Assembly (NCBI GenBank): GCA_009103225.1 | Contig: RHPI01003603.1 | Span: 23,480 to 87,479 of the forward strand | DNA from: Chlorokybus atmophyticus | Taxonomy: Eukaryota; Plantae; Mesostigma and Chlorokybus algae | Length of the DNA: 64,000 bases | Reading direction: 5' to 3' | Part shown: positions 24,946-38,400 of the stretch, one piece after another | Layout of the letters: each line of letters opens with the position of its first letter | How positions within the stretch are numbered: the stretch's first letter is position 1 | Position numbers and translations under genes: made by a program | Notes under the pieces: generated by a model | What the model saw: only the letters and a program-made list of their open reading frames with translations | Database searches by the model: none | What the model was told of the DNA's origin: nothing

Positions 24946-26043
24946 GCACACGTGAACGCACCCGCGCCATCATTGCATCTCACTCATCATCAACATCCTA
25001 CTTCTCTCTGGCAGGCTGACCAGTTTATTGCTACCAACGAGCCTAGCTACACCAACACAAATTTCGATCCAGCGCAGAGCATCACACCCAACGTATGACG
25101 TTCATGTTCAGCGTGTTGTATGAACTGAGTTCACACAATTGAGAGCAAAGGAAATGGATGTGCATATGATTGTCGGTGTGTGTTGTGTGTTCTGTTGCAG
25201 GGTGATGTGGAGGAGCAGCTGAGGGCAGAGATACACTCACTGAGGCACGCCCTGGCAAATGCCACGCAGGAGGGCAGAAGCAACGCGAGCGTAGTCTCAG
25301 ACTCGTGAGTGTGTATGCGTGCATCCGTGCACATGTGCGCAAGCGTGTGCGTGTGCGTGGGGGGAATGGACAGTTTGACAGCATCAGTCTGTCAGTACTT
25401 CCCAGACAGACAATGCTGAAAAATAAACACACACAGGCAAGGTGATGCGGTGCGGGAGCAGGTGCTGATGGAGCTCGCAGCGCACCCGACCGTCGACTAC
25501 ATCCGGGGGCTCGAGGAAGAGCGCGACCGATATCGGGCCTCCGCACAAGTAACCCACTCTCACAACATTGTTGCTGTGCGCGTGTTGTTCATACAGAGTG
25601 ATCATCAATGTCATGTGCCCTCTTAGGGTGAGAGGAAGCGCAGCCAGGAGCTGAGAGTGGCTTTGGAGTCGCAGCAAAGAGCCCTCAACAAGCTGCAGCA
25701 GGTGAACAACACATTGACCCCACCCACATTACCACTTGATGGTGTGATGAGATGTGACGATATCATGGACTGTCTGTGTTTCAAACCTTGCTGTGCCAAG
25801 ATCAACACCGTCTGTAACATGAAGTGCTACACAATATGGTGTGACAATAGCACAGGTTTCCACTCTTGCTTGCCTTTCCTCCCTCAGGTTTCGTCCCCAA
25901 CAAGGAGGGCAGCGACAACGTGCACGACGCGGTCAATGAGGGCGTCTATGAATGATGTCAACCATAACAGCACGGCCGACGAGTGGCGCCGTGAGTCATC
26001 CACGAATGCGATGAGGACCTCGAGCCCCGTAGCGAGAAACTGA
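22564..26043 (+). CDS. Multi-exon coiled-coil protein of unknown function
   Basis: About 10 exons of E/A/R/L-rich heptad sequence join in phase (EEIGKLRAEVAKLKEELE; AHRAQLAALASEKHAL; ERMESGAYVTQQHSGIKRFVVPAKDRP; AHPTVDYIRGLEEERDRYR; EERKRSQELRVALESQQRAL). Some boundaries are uncertain. Confidence 0.75.
22748..22793. repeat. (CT)n microsatellite in intron 1 of the coiled-coil gene
   Basis: Directly visible. Similar tracts occur at ~32311-32354, ~33688-33810 and (GA)n ~34618-34652. Confidence 0.95.
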
Positions 26044-27008
26044 TTACGCAGACTGAAACGCAACTTATGCCCGCTGGTTCGAGCATGTCATATGCATCAT
26101 GAGGTGTGCATGGTATGTCCGTACATGTCATGCGGCGTTGTGTATCGTACTTCTTGCAGACAATTATGCAACGTGACACACGGAGCAGTATCATGTGCGC
26201 GTAACAGGCGTACTTGAAATGTTGTTGTATGTACATGTGATACGGATATGCTTATTATAACATATACCAAGACATAAGAATCCTTATATATGTCATTCAT
26301 GATACATATGGGCAAACCTCTTTCTAAGCACACCATTGGTGGCGAGCATCGATGTGCACATTGAGGTGTGCTTCCCTCGATCTAAGCACAAAGTGCTTAC
26401 ATCATAATCTCCCTCCTTGTATGCACATAGTGCTTGCATAGGGAAACAATAAATTTTGGTTGGTTTCCCTCGCTGTATGCACAAAATGGCTGGTGTAGCT
26501 GTGCTTAGATCAAAGTGTGCAATGCCTACTCAAGGTAGTATCAATCCCCTGTGCAAATGTGTTCCCATGCATGATGTGCATATATCGAGGTTGTGCATAG
26601 TGAGCATATAGAGAGGTTAGACTGGATACATATTCGATCATTGATTTTGGTTATACATATTAATGTTTTATTTGTCAATTATTATATAGCTCACACATTA
26701 TTTGCGATGCATAACACATAAACGAGAAGCTTTTATGGAATTGATTATGCAATTGATAAATATATATACAACGAAATTTCAGTCAATAAGCTGCGACATT
26801 TACGAGCAAGTACAGATTGTAACTTGCAATCAGCTGAACATAATGTGACATAACGTATATATCATACCACTTGCAATGATTAGTGTTAACCATATCAATT
26901 TTAGCGGCGCAAGCCTTTCAGGCTGTGATACATCAGCGTGAGTCTGGTCAAACCCAAGCCAAAATGTGCCCTCGCCCTGGACCACGATCACCTTAACCGA
27001 CCACCAAC

Positions 27009-27023
27009 AAACCCTAACCCTAA
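27009..27023 (+). promoter_or_regulatory. Telo-box (AAACCCTAACCCTAA) upstream of AP2M
   Basis: Exact plant telo-box core ~120 bp upstream of the ATG at 27141. Confidence 0.5.
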
Positions 27024-27140
27024 TGCTGGCATTGGCGTCTTCGTGGGCGTGGGCGGCGTCATCGGTGGCGTTGGGGGAGGCGGGGTTGGGTCTGAACCGT
27101 GCATATCACGCTCTCCACCCTTGCCCAGCCGTCCTCAGCC

Positions 27141-29166
27141 ATGGCGGCGGCGGCATCGGCTGTGTACTTCTACAACCTGAGGGGGGACGTCCTCATTGCC
27201 CGCACCTACCGGGATGACGTCCCTCGAGCCATGGCTGAGGCTTTCAGGACGGAAATCCTCAAGAGCAAGGTTTGCGGTCATAATGGAGCGTTCACTCATT
27301 ATGTCCAGAAGTTTATACGATTGCCTTACTTACTGTTTCAGCATGGCACTCGCCATAACAAGTCGTGGCAGCAGAATTTTTCCTGGCCTAGTTACATCTC
27401 ACTTGCTAATTTACAGTTCTTTATTCCTATTGGCAGTGCTGCATGTGAGCACATGCAGCATTGCCACCAAGTTAGCACAAGAGTCGTTTGTTCAATGCTT
27501 GATAGAGAAGCTGGTTTAATGCAGCATGTTTGCTCACATGCTGTCACCAGCGCAATGCTGACTGTCACATGCTGTTACGTCATGGGGTTTGGTCCATCCA
27601 TGCAGAGTACACATTGCTTGCAGCTTCTGGGTTGTGTTGCGATTGATGTGTGCCATGACCTTGCGCACACTCGTAGCAAGCAATGTGTAGAAGCCTCATG
27701 CCTGCCATCTTTTGTGCATGAATGGCTTATGATTCGTCAAGTGGCCTGCAAATCTGTACAGTAGTGGAGTTTGTTGCAAGTTAAACACATTCATTATGCG
27801 TGCATATGTGCACCTGACGAAAATTCAACTGCAACAAGCATGCCCGTATGCGCATGTTTGTGTGCATGCAGTCTGTGATGTAGTCTAGCAAGCATTGGTT
27901 TCTTACCGCTACTTCATGTGGGCGCAGGACTTTGGTTCATCACCGTGCCGAACACTTGGCACGTGCAGTTATCTATGGATGCGTCATGAAAATATCTACA
28001 TTGTGGCCGTCACCAACGCAAACACCAATGCGGCGCTCACGTTCAAGTTCCTATCGGAAACCATCGCTCTGCTGCGCAACTACTTCCAGGGCCCCGTGAA
28101 GGAGTCCTCCGTCCGCTCCAACTTTGTTTTGATATACGAGCTGCTAGATGAGATCATGGACTTTGGGTACCCGCAGAACCTCAGCCCCGAGATCCTCAAG
28201 TTGTACATCACGCAGCGTGCGACAGGTTTGGAGGCATTGTTGGGTGCCGCGGGTGCGTCGGGCCGGCCCGCACCCCCGCCCGTGAATGCCACGCTGCAGG
28301 TGACGGGAGCGGTCGGGTGGCGCAGGGAGGGTCTGTTCTACAAGAAGAACGAGGTGTTCCTCGATATCATCGAGAGCGTGAACGTGCTGATGAAGGCGGA
28401 CGCCACGGTGCTGCGCAGCGACGTCACGGGCCACATCCAGATGAAGTGCTTCCTCAGCGGGATGCCAGAGCTCAAACTCGGCCTCAACGACCGTGTTGGG
28501 ATGGAGGGAGGAGCAGGGAGCAAAGACGGCCCGGGCGGGGCAGAGCCCGCCAGGAGAGCCGCTACATCCGGCAAAAGTCGCCAGGTGGAGCTTGACGACA
28601 CAGTTTTTCATCAATGCGTGAACCTTGGTCGCTTCAACGCAGAGAAGACCGTCTCATTTGTGCCGCCCGATGGCGAGTTTGAGCTCATGAAGTACCGCAT
28701 CACGGAGGGTATTTCTTTGCCATTCAGAGTGCTGCCGATTATAAAAGAGTTGGGCCGTACACGGCTCGAAACTCACTGTAAAGTCCGCTCGCTGTTCGGC
28801 TCCAAGCTCTTTGCCGTCAGCGTGGTGGTGAGAGTGCCCGTGCCGCCCCACACGGCCAAAGCCAGCATCGTTGTGTCGGGAGGCAAGGCCAAGTATGTGC
28901 CCAAGGAGAACGCCCTTGTCTGGAAGATCCGCAAGTTCCCCGGCCAGGCCGAGCTCAGCCTCAGCGCTGAAGTGGAGCTCATTGCCACAATTGCTGAGAA
29001 GAAGCCGTGGTCGAGGCCGCCCCTCACAATGGACTTCCAGGTGCCCATGTTCACGTCATCAGGCTTGCGCGTGCGCTTCCTCAAAGTATGGGAGAAGTCC
29101 AACTACAATACGGTCAAGTGGGTTAGATACGTGACTCGGGCAGGGCAGTATGAGATTCGTGTTTGA
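27141..29166 (+). CDS. AP2M: AP-2 clathrin adaptor complex medium subunit mu
   Basis: Exon 1 (27141-27269) MAAAASAVYFYNLRGDVLIARTYRDDV; exon 2 (27928-29166) NFVLIYELLDEIMDFGYPQ, VTGAVGWRREGLFYKKNEVFLDIIE, FHQCVNLGRF...SFVPPDGEFELMKYR, FTSSGLRVRFLKV...VKWVRY. The open frame is intact. Confidence 0.96.
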
Positions 29167-30097
29167 TTCATTGGTGACAGTTGCTGTAGACAGTGCATGC
29201 AGCCACGCAGTCTTTCAGCAATAGGTGGAAGGACTGCAATTGATGGCAGGTGTTGGGCCACCTGCCACTTGTACATTGAAGATATGCGCGTTGGGTATGT
29301 GTGGGCCTGGGTTGACACAAAAATGCACTGTATTGAGTTTGCTCAACCTCAACTGGACTGTGCATGTCCAGTTTTGCGCTGGCCTCAAGAGTTGACTTGC
29401 AGTCATGCTAGTGTGACATTCTCACAATTGAGTAGAGCATGTGTACAGGAATGTAAGGTGCAATTTGCGTACATAATATGAGGAAAGCGAAGCCAGGCTT
29501 CTGCAATGTATTGCATGGTGCACTTGTACAAACAGTGCGAAACGGAAATGCACATGCATAGTGGCATGCACAGTGTACAGAATATGCATATGATGTATGC
29601 AACATGCACGACACTGTGCAATGAGCTCGCTTTCGATGCAGTGCAGTCTCCTATCATATTATGCTGCCTGTGCATGGCATGGTCGCTGCTTGTATAACAT
29701 AGTATGCAAGGATTGTGGCATGCATGTGTGCAGGCACATTGCTTTGCACAGTGCATGAGGAAACAACCACTCGTCGGTAAATTCACTTCACAATAGCACT
29801 TGGCAATTGCAAATTGTGGACGTTCGTGCAAAGCAACAGCTGCCTACAGCTTAGGAGCCAGGTCAGCATGGATGCTGCTGCTTCTCGGCGTGGTAATGAC
29901 TGCTATGCCAATCCATGTTGCAAATGTTGGCTGCAACAGCACGCCATTGTCATTGCTTGCATGGCCCATTAACCTGAGACACTGCTCAACGCAGATGTTG
30001 CCTCTCATCTACAAGCGTGGTCACTGTCACGACCATGGTTGCGAGTTGTAGGAACACCAAGCCGGCATCAACGAACTGCTTGATGGTAAGGCATTAG

Positions 30098-31401
30098 CTA
30101 AACCAACACAGGAGGCGGTCTGTACAGCAGCAACGGTGAGGCATCTCGCGCAATGCGGATCTCATCACCCAACTGCAGCGAATGGCGCTCATGTGCGCCA
30201 TCTATGTACAAGCAGCCTTGACGCGTTCCCCATCGAACATCCAGCGCACTCTCAGGTCCCACCATGCTGTGCATGGACATTGGCACTTTACTGTACACCG
30301 CTGAGTCCACGATAGGCTCCCGAACCATGTACTGCAGGGCTGTGGACTCCAACTGCATTGGAACGCCGCCAGCTGCACAATATCACACAATGGACTTTGG
30401 CCATACGCAACAAATTGGAGTAACAGTACGCCTTTATATATACAACAGCCTTAAGTTTCAATGAACTGCAGCGTGCTTGCAACCATTGCAACTATTAGCA
30501 CAGCGCATCTCAGCGGACACGACAAGGACTTCACAACATACATTGAGTACAACACATGCATCAAACATATTAGTTGTATGCACTGACCGAGATTGCAAGA
30601 ATGCAAACATAGTAACAAACAGAGCAGGCTCGAACCTGCATGCATGGCGGCGGTAGACCCAGCAGCCGTGCTGACGCGCAATCCGCTAGAGCGCACATGC
30701 AGGGAGCTTGCACCCATGCTGAGGCGGAAGCGCGAGGTGGATGCAGGAGAGGGGTGCGCGAGCAAGACATCATTCAACGCCAGAGGGTGAATGGGCATGA
30801 ACTTGTTGGCTTCTGCGCCATCTCTCCGCACTGAAACCCTAATGCGAGACACTGCCGCAGGCTTCCAGCTGGACCATCCCTCCAGCGCCTTGCTCAGGCT
30901 GGCCTCCATGCTGTCCGCCGTGCATGCGCATAGCCAGCCTGTGCTCCGCCTGGTGTCGAACCAGGCTTCCTCCTTGTGGGCGGCGGCGGCGTTGTCGCCA
31001 TCGTCAGTCTTGGCAGGGTCGGAGTTGATGCCGAAGACGGCCGTGGAAGGATCGCTGACGCCGTGGGCGGCGGAAAGAACGGTGCCGTCCCCGCCAACGG
31101 AGACAACCAGGCCGACGCCGCGGTAGAGCTCCGGGGCAAGGCGGGATCGGGTGACAAGGCGGTAGGCGGCGACGGCGCCCTCCTGACGCAGGCGGCGGAG
31201 GACCTGCCGGAGATGGTGCACTGCCGCACCGTGGGCGTCGTGCCTGCTGCGTAGGTATGTCCCCAAGTCCCCTGGCACCCTCGCGGATTCCCCAAACGAC
31301 GTGTACAGATCCCATAAGCTCCGCTTGACTACCGCCAACACCCTCAATCCCCCGCTCCCGACGCCAACGACACCGCCGCCGCCGGCCACACCCACTTGCA
31401 T
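30098..31401 (-). CDS. NADK3: NAD(H) kinase, plant NADK3-like (2 exons)
   Basis: GGDGT motif (VVSVGGDGTVL), GINSDP, FDTRRSTGWLCA, ALNDVLLAHP, RSSGLRVSTAAGSTAAM, then a phase-1 join to GGVPMQL...LQYMVREP...IDG. Confidence 0.93.
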
Positions 31402-32309
31402 GAGCACCTCTTCCGCATTGCCGTTGAATGCTCAGTGCATGCTGCATGACTGCACGCATTGCTGGCGGTCGTGGACCACCACGAGTTGTACCAAGGCCAC
31501 AACTTGTTGTTGCGTGCTGTGTAGGACAACTTGTAACGAACTTTTGCATGACTAACTGTTAATAGAAATAGGTCCTGTACATGGTGAGTCAGTCTTTGCT
31601 TGGATGACTTCTGCGTTGCGCCGTGCTCTGGATGATATAATAGACTATCTAAGGCACTCAATGGGCCATGACGAAAACAGTACTCACGTAGCACATCACT
31701 TGTCAATCCCTGATACTGTATCAATATGCATGGGTTGCTACATGCACGTGCGTGCTGGTCAAGGTAGTGGCGAAGGCCTCGGTTGAAACATGTACAATCG
31801 ATTAAGTTCAATCGATTAACATGTTCAATCATCAACTTGGGTGTAAACAATTGAACGCATATTGAATTGCAGGAATTATGCGATAATATGCGGTGCGCAA
31901 TGTGCATTGACGGGTGTTGAACCAACAAGTACATTACTTTATAACCTGTGAAATATATGTCAATGTATATAAATAGATTGTTGATATGACTACGAGTTCG
32001 TAAGTGTTAACATCTTGACTACGGTAATGCAAACAATTGTAGCTCGTGCTGCCGATAGCAACCATCAAATTCGCAAACATAGCTGATGAGTTTCTCATAT
32101 AACGTTAGCAACCCCTATACATCATCATTTAATGTGGGAGCATGTGGCGTACTTTAAACATATGAATCCAGCGTGTGAGTGCACTTATAGCAACTAGTTA
32201 TAAAACGGCATATGGTTTAATGCTTGTGCATGTTTTATGCGCCAGTAATGTGTGCGCATACTCGTTTATTGATTATGAGATCGCATGACCAATACGTGGA
32301 ATGAAAAAG

Positions 32310-32354
<45 letters not shown>

Positions 32355-32364
32355 NNNNNNNNNN

Positions 32365-33686
32365 GGCGTTGTCGCCATCGTCAGTCTTGGCAGGGTCGGA
32401 GTTGATGCCGAAGACGGCCGTGGAAGGATCGCTGACGCCGTGGGCGGCGGAAAGAACGGTGCCGTCCCCGCCAACGGAGACAACCAGGCCGACGCCGCGG
32501 TAGAGCTCCGGGGCAAGGCGGGATCGGGTGACAAGGCGGTAGGCGGCGACGGCGCCCTCCTGACGCAGGCGGCGGAGGACCTGCCGGAGATGGTGCACTG
32601 CCGCACCGTGGGCGTCGTGCCTGCTGCGTAGGTATGTCCCCAAGTCCCCTGGCACCCTCGCGGATTCCCCAAACGACGTGTACAGATCCCATAAGCTCCG
32701 CTTGACTACCGCCAACACCCTCAATCCCCCGCTCCCGACGCCAACGACACCGCCGCCGCCGGCCACACCCACTTGCATGAGCACCTCTTCCGCATTGCCG
32801 TTGAATGCTCAGTGCATGCTGCATGACTGCACGCATTGCTGGCGGTCGTGGACCACCACGAGTTGTACCAAGGCCACAACTTGTTGTTGCGTGCTGTGTA
32901 GGACAACTTGTAACGAACTTTTGCATGACTAACTGTTAATAGAAATAGGTCCTGTACATGGTGAGTCAGTCTTTGCTTGGATGACTTCTGCGTTGCGCCG
33001 TGCTCTGGATGATATAATAGACTATCTAAGGCACTCAATGGGCCATGACGAAAACAGTACTCACGTAGCACATCACTTGTCAATCCCTGATACTGTATCA
33101 ATATGCATGGGTTGCTACATGCACGTGCGTGCTGGTCAAGGTAGTGGCGAAGGCCTCGGTTGAAACATGTACAATCGATTAAGTTCAATCGATTAACATG
33201 TTCAATCATCAACTTGGGTGTAAACAATTGAACGCATATTGAATTGCAGGAATTATGCGATAATATGCGGTGCGCAATGTGCATTGACGGGTGTTGAACC
33301 AACAAGTACATTACTTTATAACCTGTGAAATATATGTCAATGTATATAAATAGATTGTTGATATGACTACGAGTTCGTAAGTGTTAACATCTTGACTACG
33401 GTAATGCAAACAATTGTAGCTCGTGCTGCCGATAGCAACCATCAAATTCGCAAACATAGCTGATGAGTTTCTCATATAACGTTAGCAACCCCTATACATC
33501 ATCATTTAATGTGGGAGCATGTGGCGTACTTTAAACATATGAATCCAGCGTGTGAGTGCACTTATAGCAACTAGTTATAAAACGGCATATGGTTTAATGC
33601 TTGTGCATGTTTTATGCGCCAGTAATGTGTGCGCATACTCGTTTATTGATTATGAGATCGCATGACCAATACGTGGAATGAAAAAG

Positions 33687-33689
<3 letters not shown>
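32365..33689 (-). repeat. Apparently identical 1.3 kb direct copy of 30988-32312, including a 5' half of NADK3; likely assembly artefact
   Basis: Constant offset of 1377 bp with identical ORF translations. It starts right after (CT)n plus 10 Ns and ends in another (CT)n. Confidence 0.85.
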
Positions 33690-33744
<55 letters not shown>

Positions 33745-33776
33745 TGTCTCTCTCTCTCTCGCTCTCTCTCTCGCGC

Positions 33777-33808
<32 letters not shown>

Positions 33809-34614
33809 CCCTGATTGCGATTACGTCATTTAATCCACAATGCATTGACAAGGTGCTCAAGGTGCATAACGTGCACAAGGTTATGAAAAAGCGCAATTAG
33901 CGAAATTGTTGTTAGGTATTCGCCCCTATCAACAGTGCCATTCTGAGTTGCCACTTTGTTGGATTCTCTTATGGTGCTCCAAGCATAGTGCTGATTGGCA
34001 AACATTGATTAGCCCAGAAATTGACAAAGGCTGTGCATTTTCAACATGGGCAAAGAGACGGTGCCAGCAGTACTTTTGTAGTTGGAAGCGCACTCCTGGC
34101 ATGAAGTTACACCATGAGCCTAACAAGAAAGGGTGGGGCGCAGCAGGTGCAGCTGTGCAAAGAGCACGAGTTGCGTGGGGCATTACGGCTCAACATATGC
34201 TGATGTTTCATGCACAATGTTCCACCTCATATGCATAAAAATGCTGGAATTCACGGAGCACCGGCCGCTTTGCGCAATTGCGCTTTTTCAAAGCTGCGCT
34301 TGTTGCACCTCAACTCCACTTCATGGTGCATGATGTAACCTAATGCTAGCCTATGTTCACATTTACATAATGCAAATAGCAGTGTGGTTTTCGTCCATGC
34401 TGTAATGTGCGCAATCCTTCACCAACTACACCCCTACTCAACCTCTGCCGACCGCCCTTCCCTAGTTTAGAGCACAAAGAGAGAGCTTGACAAAACAAGA
34501 GGTGGCAACATGAGCACCCGCAGAAGCGTGCGGTTCAGTCATGGCATGTTGATGCCTTCATTCAACCGTCGCCAGAAACTTGAGCCCTCTTTTTATCATG
34601 TGCACCTCATGTAC

Positions 34615-34655
<41 letters not shown>

Positions 34656-35467
34656 CCAAGTGCTGCTTACCGCAGCACCCCACACAAGAGACGCCGCCAG
34701 TTTCTTCTCAACCAACAAGCTCCAGCGCTCGCTCCAAGACGTTGCTCAGCTCAGCTCACTCAATCGACGCCCAAACACAACTACTGGCAGCATATCCTGT
34801 ACGGTACGTCCTGCTACAGCCACTGTACACTGAAGCCAAGTCGACCCCTAGCGCAAGGCTATAGAGGACCTACGCTCAGCCGCTCCTGCAAGCAAGCTGC
34901 TTGCAGGAGCGGGTAAGAACTCTGGCAAGTCGTGCTTGTCACATCATCGGTAAACTGGGCTGGTCTCTGGCGAGCCCCAACCTTCTACCACAATGACGCC
35001 CAACGTACTGCCCGACACTCATCGTTGGCGTTGTTTTGTTTGTGAACAATTTTGACCCCCAGCGCCGATCCATACCTGCAGTCCCAGAGCAGATCCATAC
35101 CTGACTCTGAACTGACAACGACTCAAAGCATAAGAAGCGGTGCATGCCATGCGGTCGAATGCATCACCCATTCAATCCTCCCAAGCGCGCTCATCTGTTT
35201 GTTGCACATGTGAGACTCGTGCACGCAGGGCGTGAGACCCTGTTTGAAGCGCTCATCAATTGAAGAGCACTTGTATGCATTGTGATCGGTTGTGATTACT
35301 GATGTGCATTCAAGCTCCTCTGCCAGACTTGCGCTGGTGACTCTTAGGTTGCCATGCGCAAACAACAGCTGCTGCTGTAGCGTCTAATCAAAAGTTACAC
35401 TAACCATTGACATCAGCATTGCGTCTGCATGTCTGCGCAACCAATGGGTACCTCCACATTTATCTAA

Positions 35468-38400
35468 TCAACCAACCTGTGTTGCAGCATCCCCGACAAA
35501 CCCCCATTGCACGCTTACACAAGACGACCGCGAGTCAAATTGCGCCCGCACTTTCACACGAGTGACAATGTCGTTCTTCCCTCCCTCTCGATCTCGACCG
35601 TTCTCCCCAACCTCATTGACCGACTTCACACACATGGGTGTTGTTGCCAACTTCACTGCTTGCAACCATGGGGAAGGTGCGTTTTCTGTGCAAAAACTAG
35701 TTTCAATGAACATGAACAATAGGTAGTCACATGTGTAGGGCCACATAGCAATCGGGTACCTGCAAGGGGTCCCATCGAGACTACATGTTTAGTGGTTGGG
35801 TCCAGGGAGTAGTCCAACCACAACACCAGTGCATGGCAGCAGCCTGAGATCCGGAACGGCACCTGTGAAATACAACCAATGAGCTTCTCGAGGCTTGGGT
35901 GTTCTAATCGATACTAGTTGTGTGCGTTGTCAATGCATGCACAGCCTTGTACAACTTGCATACCTCCATCGTCCCTTCCGCATCATGCACAGGCCCAGAC
36001 ACGTGCAATTGCAACAGATCAAACCTGTCCGTCAACTCCTGCAGCAAAGACAAGAGTGATGACCAGCAGCAAAGCACCCTGTGGCTTCTACATTAATCCA
36101 TCTTTCACCAAGTGCACACCTTATAGCCCGGGCCGCACTGCCAAGTCTGCCTTGCCAGATATGGCTCATCTCCCGCACTGATCAGCAATGAATCATCAGT
36201 TGATGTCAATGGCTCATAATCTGGTGTCGGTTGGGTGCCTAAAGCCCCGAGCACACGGTTTGCAATCGAGAGGTCAAAGCCTTGCACGCAAGCAAGCGGC
36301 GATCGCGTGCGCCAGAAGGCCTGTCGGGTAGTTGATTAAGTAGTTAGTGCTTAACCGAGTGACTTAGTGCTTCAAAAGTACACTGCAAAGGTGAGCGAAT
36401 CAGATACTGAGTGAGTTTTGGGTTAGCCAACAGAGGGCTCACCGGCATAGATACAGCAACACCACGTAATGTGGCCGTATATGGGGCAACGACTGGTTTT
36501 GCATCTCCAGTCATGGACATAAGTGACTGCAACGCTGATCTTTGGTACCTGTGATGACAACATCAAATCCCAACATTAACCTGGTTACAAAAGAATGGAA
36601 CGCACCACATCGCACCACAACACCACATGCTGCAAGCTCATGAAACTGCTTACCAGAACTGCAGATGATGCCAAGGCAAACCGCCTTCAGCAGCAAGGCA
36701 GTATGGCTCCGATAATACAGCCAGTTTTGACATAGGTTTTCCTTCAAAAACTTGGACCAACTTTGACACAGACTGTACAACCTGCACAGAGCTACTAACA
36801 TGGTCTCGGCCTGCGGATGCCGCCTCCAGCCCCAACCTCAACTGGTGCACTTGTGTTGACAAAGCCACCACATGGCACCGGTCACGTGTTACAGACATTG
36901 CCGCCACCGTTGCTGGACAAATCAGACCATCTCCCAGGCAGATGACACTGTCTATGACGTCTTCCGCTTGGAACTGGAAGCAAGCATACAATTAGCAGAA
37001 TCAGTGCAGCGCAGCAAACACACACACAAACAGGATTGTGTGAGAGTGTGAACATGCGAGCACACACGTGCATGCTCACACTCGGACACTCAATCTTGCG
37101 CAAGCCTCCTGTCACTTACCAAATCTCCAATCAAGCTCGTGTAAGCCTCCTGCCAGCTTCCAACATTCATCTCAGCAATGCGCTGCGGCGAGTTCCACCC
37201 GTGAACTCTACACTCTAAGTGTCGATCCACCATCGCTGCCACACGATCACTGTCTCCCATTCCAAACCTTATGTCAACATTGTTGTGATATGCCCACACC
37301 CGTGCTCGGAGCCCTTTGGCCAGGTGGATGAATCGGCCGCTCGCCAATGAAGGCAAGAGCTGCACACACTGCTTCCAGTGATCTATCCACTCATGGTGAT
37401 CACGGAAAGCATAGGACAGCGATGTAGATGAGGCTGATGTTGATACGTAACTTGGAGCTGTTGTGTAGATGACTGTTCCGGCTTTGTCAAGCTGCAGCTC
37501 AAACCTGAGCACATGTAATGATTCATGTCAGCCAGTGAGTCAACCAGTGATTCATTCGATCTATCTACCTCATAGCTTCATAGTAGGAAGGCTCATTTGC
37601 TCACGCACCAGTATATGACAGCGTGTGCAAAGCCGTCTTCAATTACATCCACGCCAATATTGACTGTACGGCCGTCCTCCAAATCGAGCACGCCCTCAGC
37701 GAAGTTAACATGTAAGACTGCAAATGGTGCCGTCAACTGCACCATCACTACCATCACAATTCAGAGCAATGCTATCAGCCTCAACATCATGCATGCCATG
37801 CACACCTGGCGGATGTCTTGCAGTCCATCAACATGCATCTCGAATGGTCTTGACGTTGTTGCATAATGGTCGCTGTGGCATGCATGACTCGCAAGATAGC
37901 CACTCTCCACCACCTGTTGAAGATTGTGCATGGGTGTGTGAGCGCATGTGAATGCAGTTGCGTATGCATGTGCGTGTCCATAGCAATCATTTGCCAAGCG
38001 ACAGCAGCATACGTTACTGCTGGCATGCGCGCACGCTCAACCGCGTGTATGCACGGGTGTGTGAGTAGGTGTCTCAGGTGCGTGATGTGCTTGTAATAGC
38101 AGAGGACATGCAAGTGCCATACAGAGCACTGGTGCAGTTTGCATGCGTGTGAGCACATGTATGCAAGTGCCATACAGAGATGTGCATCCTGCGTGCGTGT
38201 AGCAGTAGTACAGTACCACACGTATACCATATAGTGCAGTCAAACCTGGGCATAGATTGTCGCTGCATGTGGAATCACATTGGCACCCTGCCTCAGGAGC
38301 TCGGCTCGTGCATGGGCCACACTTGCAATGACACCTTCACCAAGGAGGAAGCTATCAAAGATCTCCATCACCTATTGGAACGTCAAATTCCTCACTTGTG

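Noticed and set aside
32266-32784. A second NAD kinase gene
   Set aside because: It is truncated at an N gap and identical to the first copy, so it is treated as a probable assembly duplicate.
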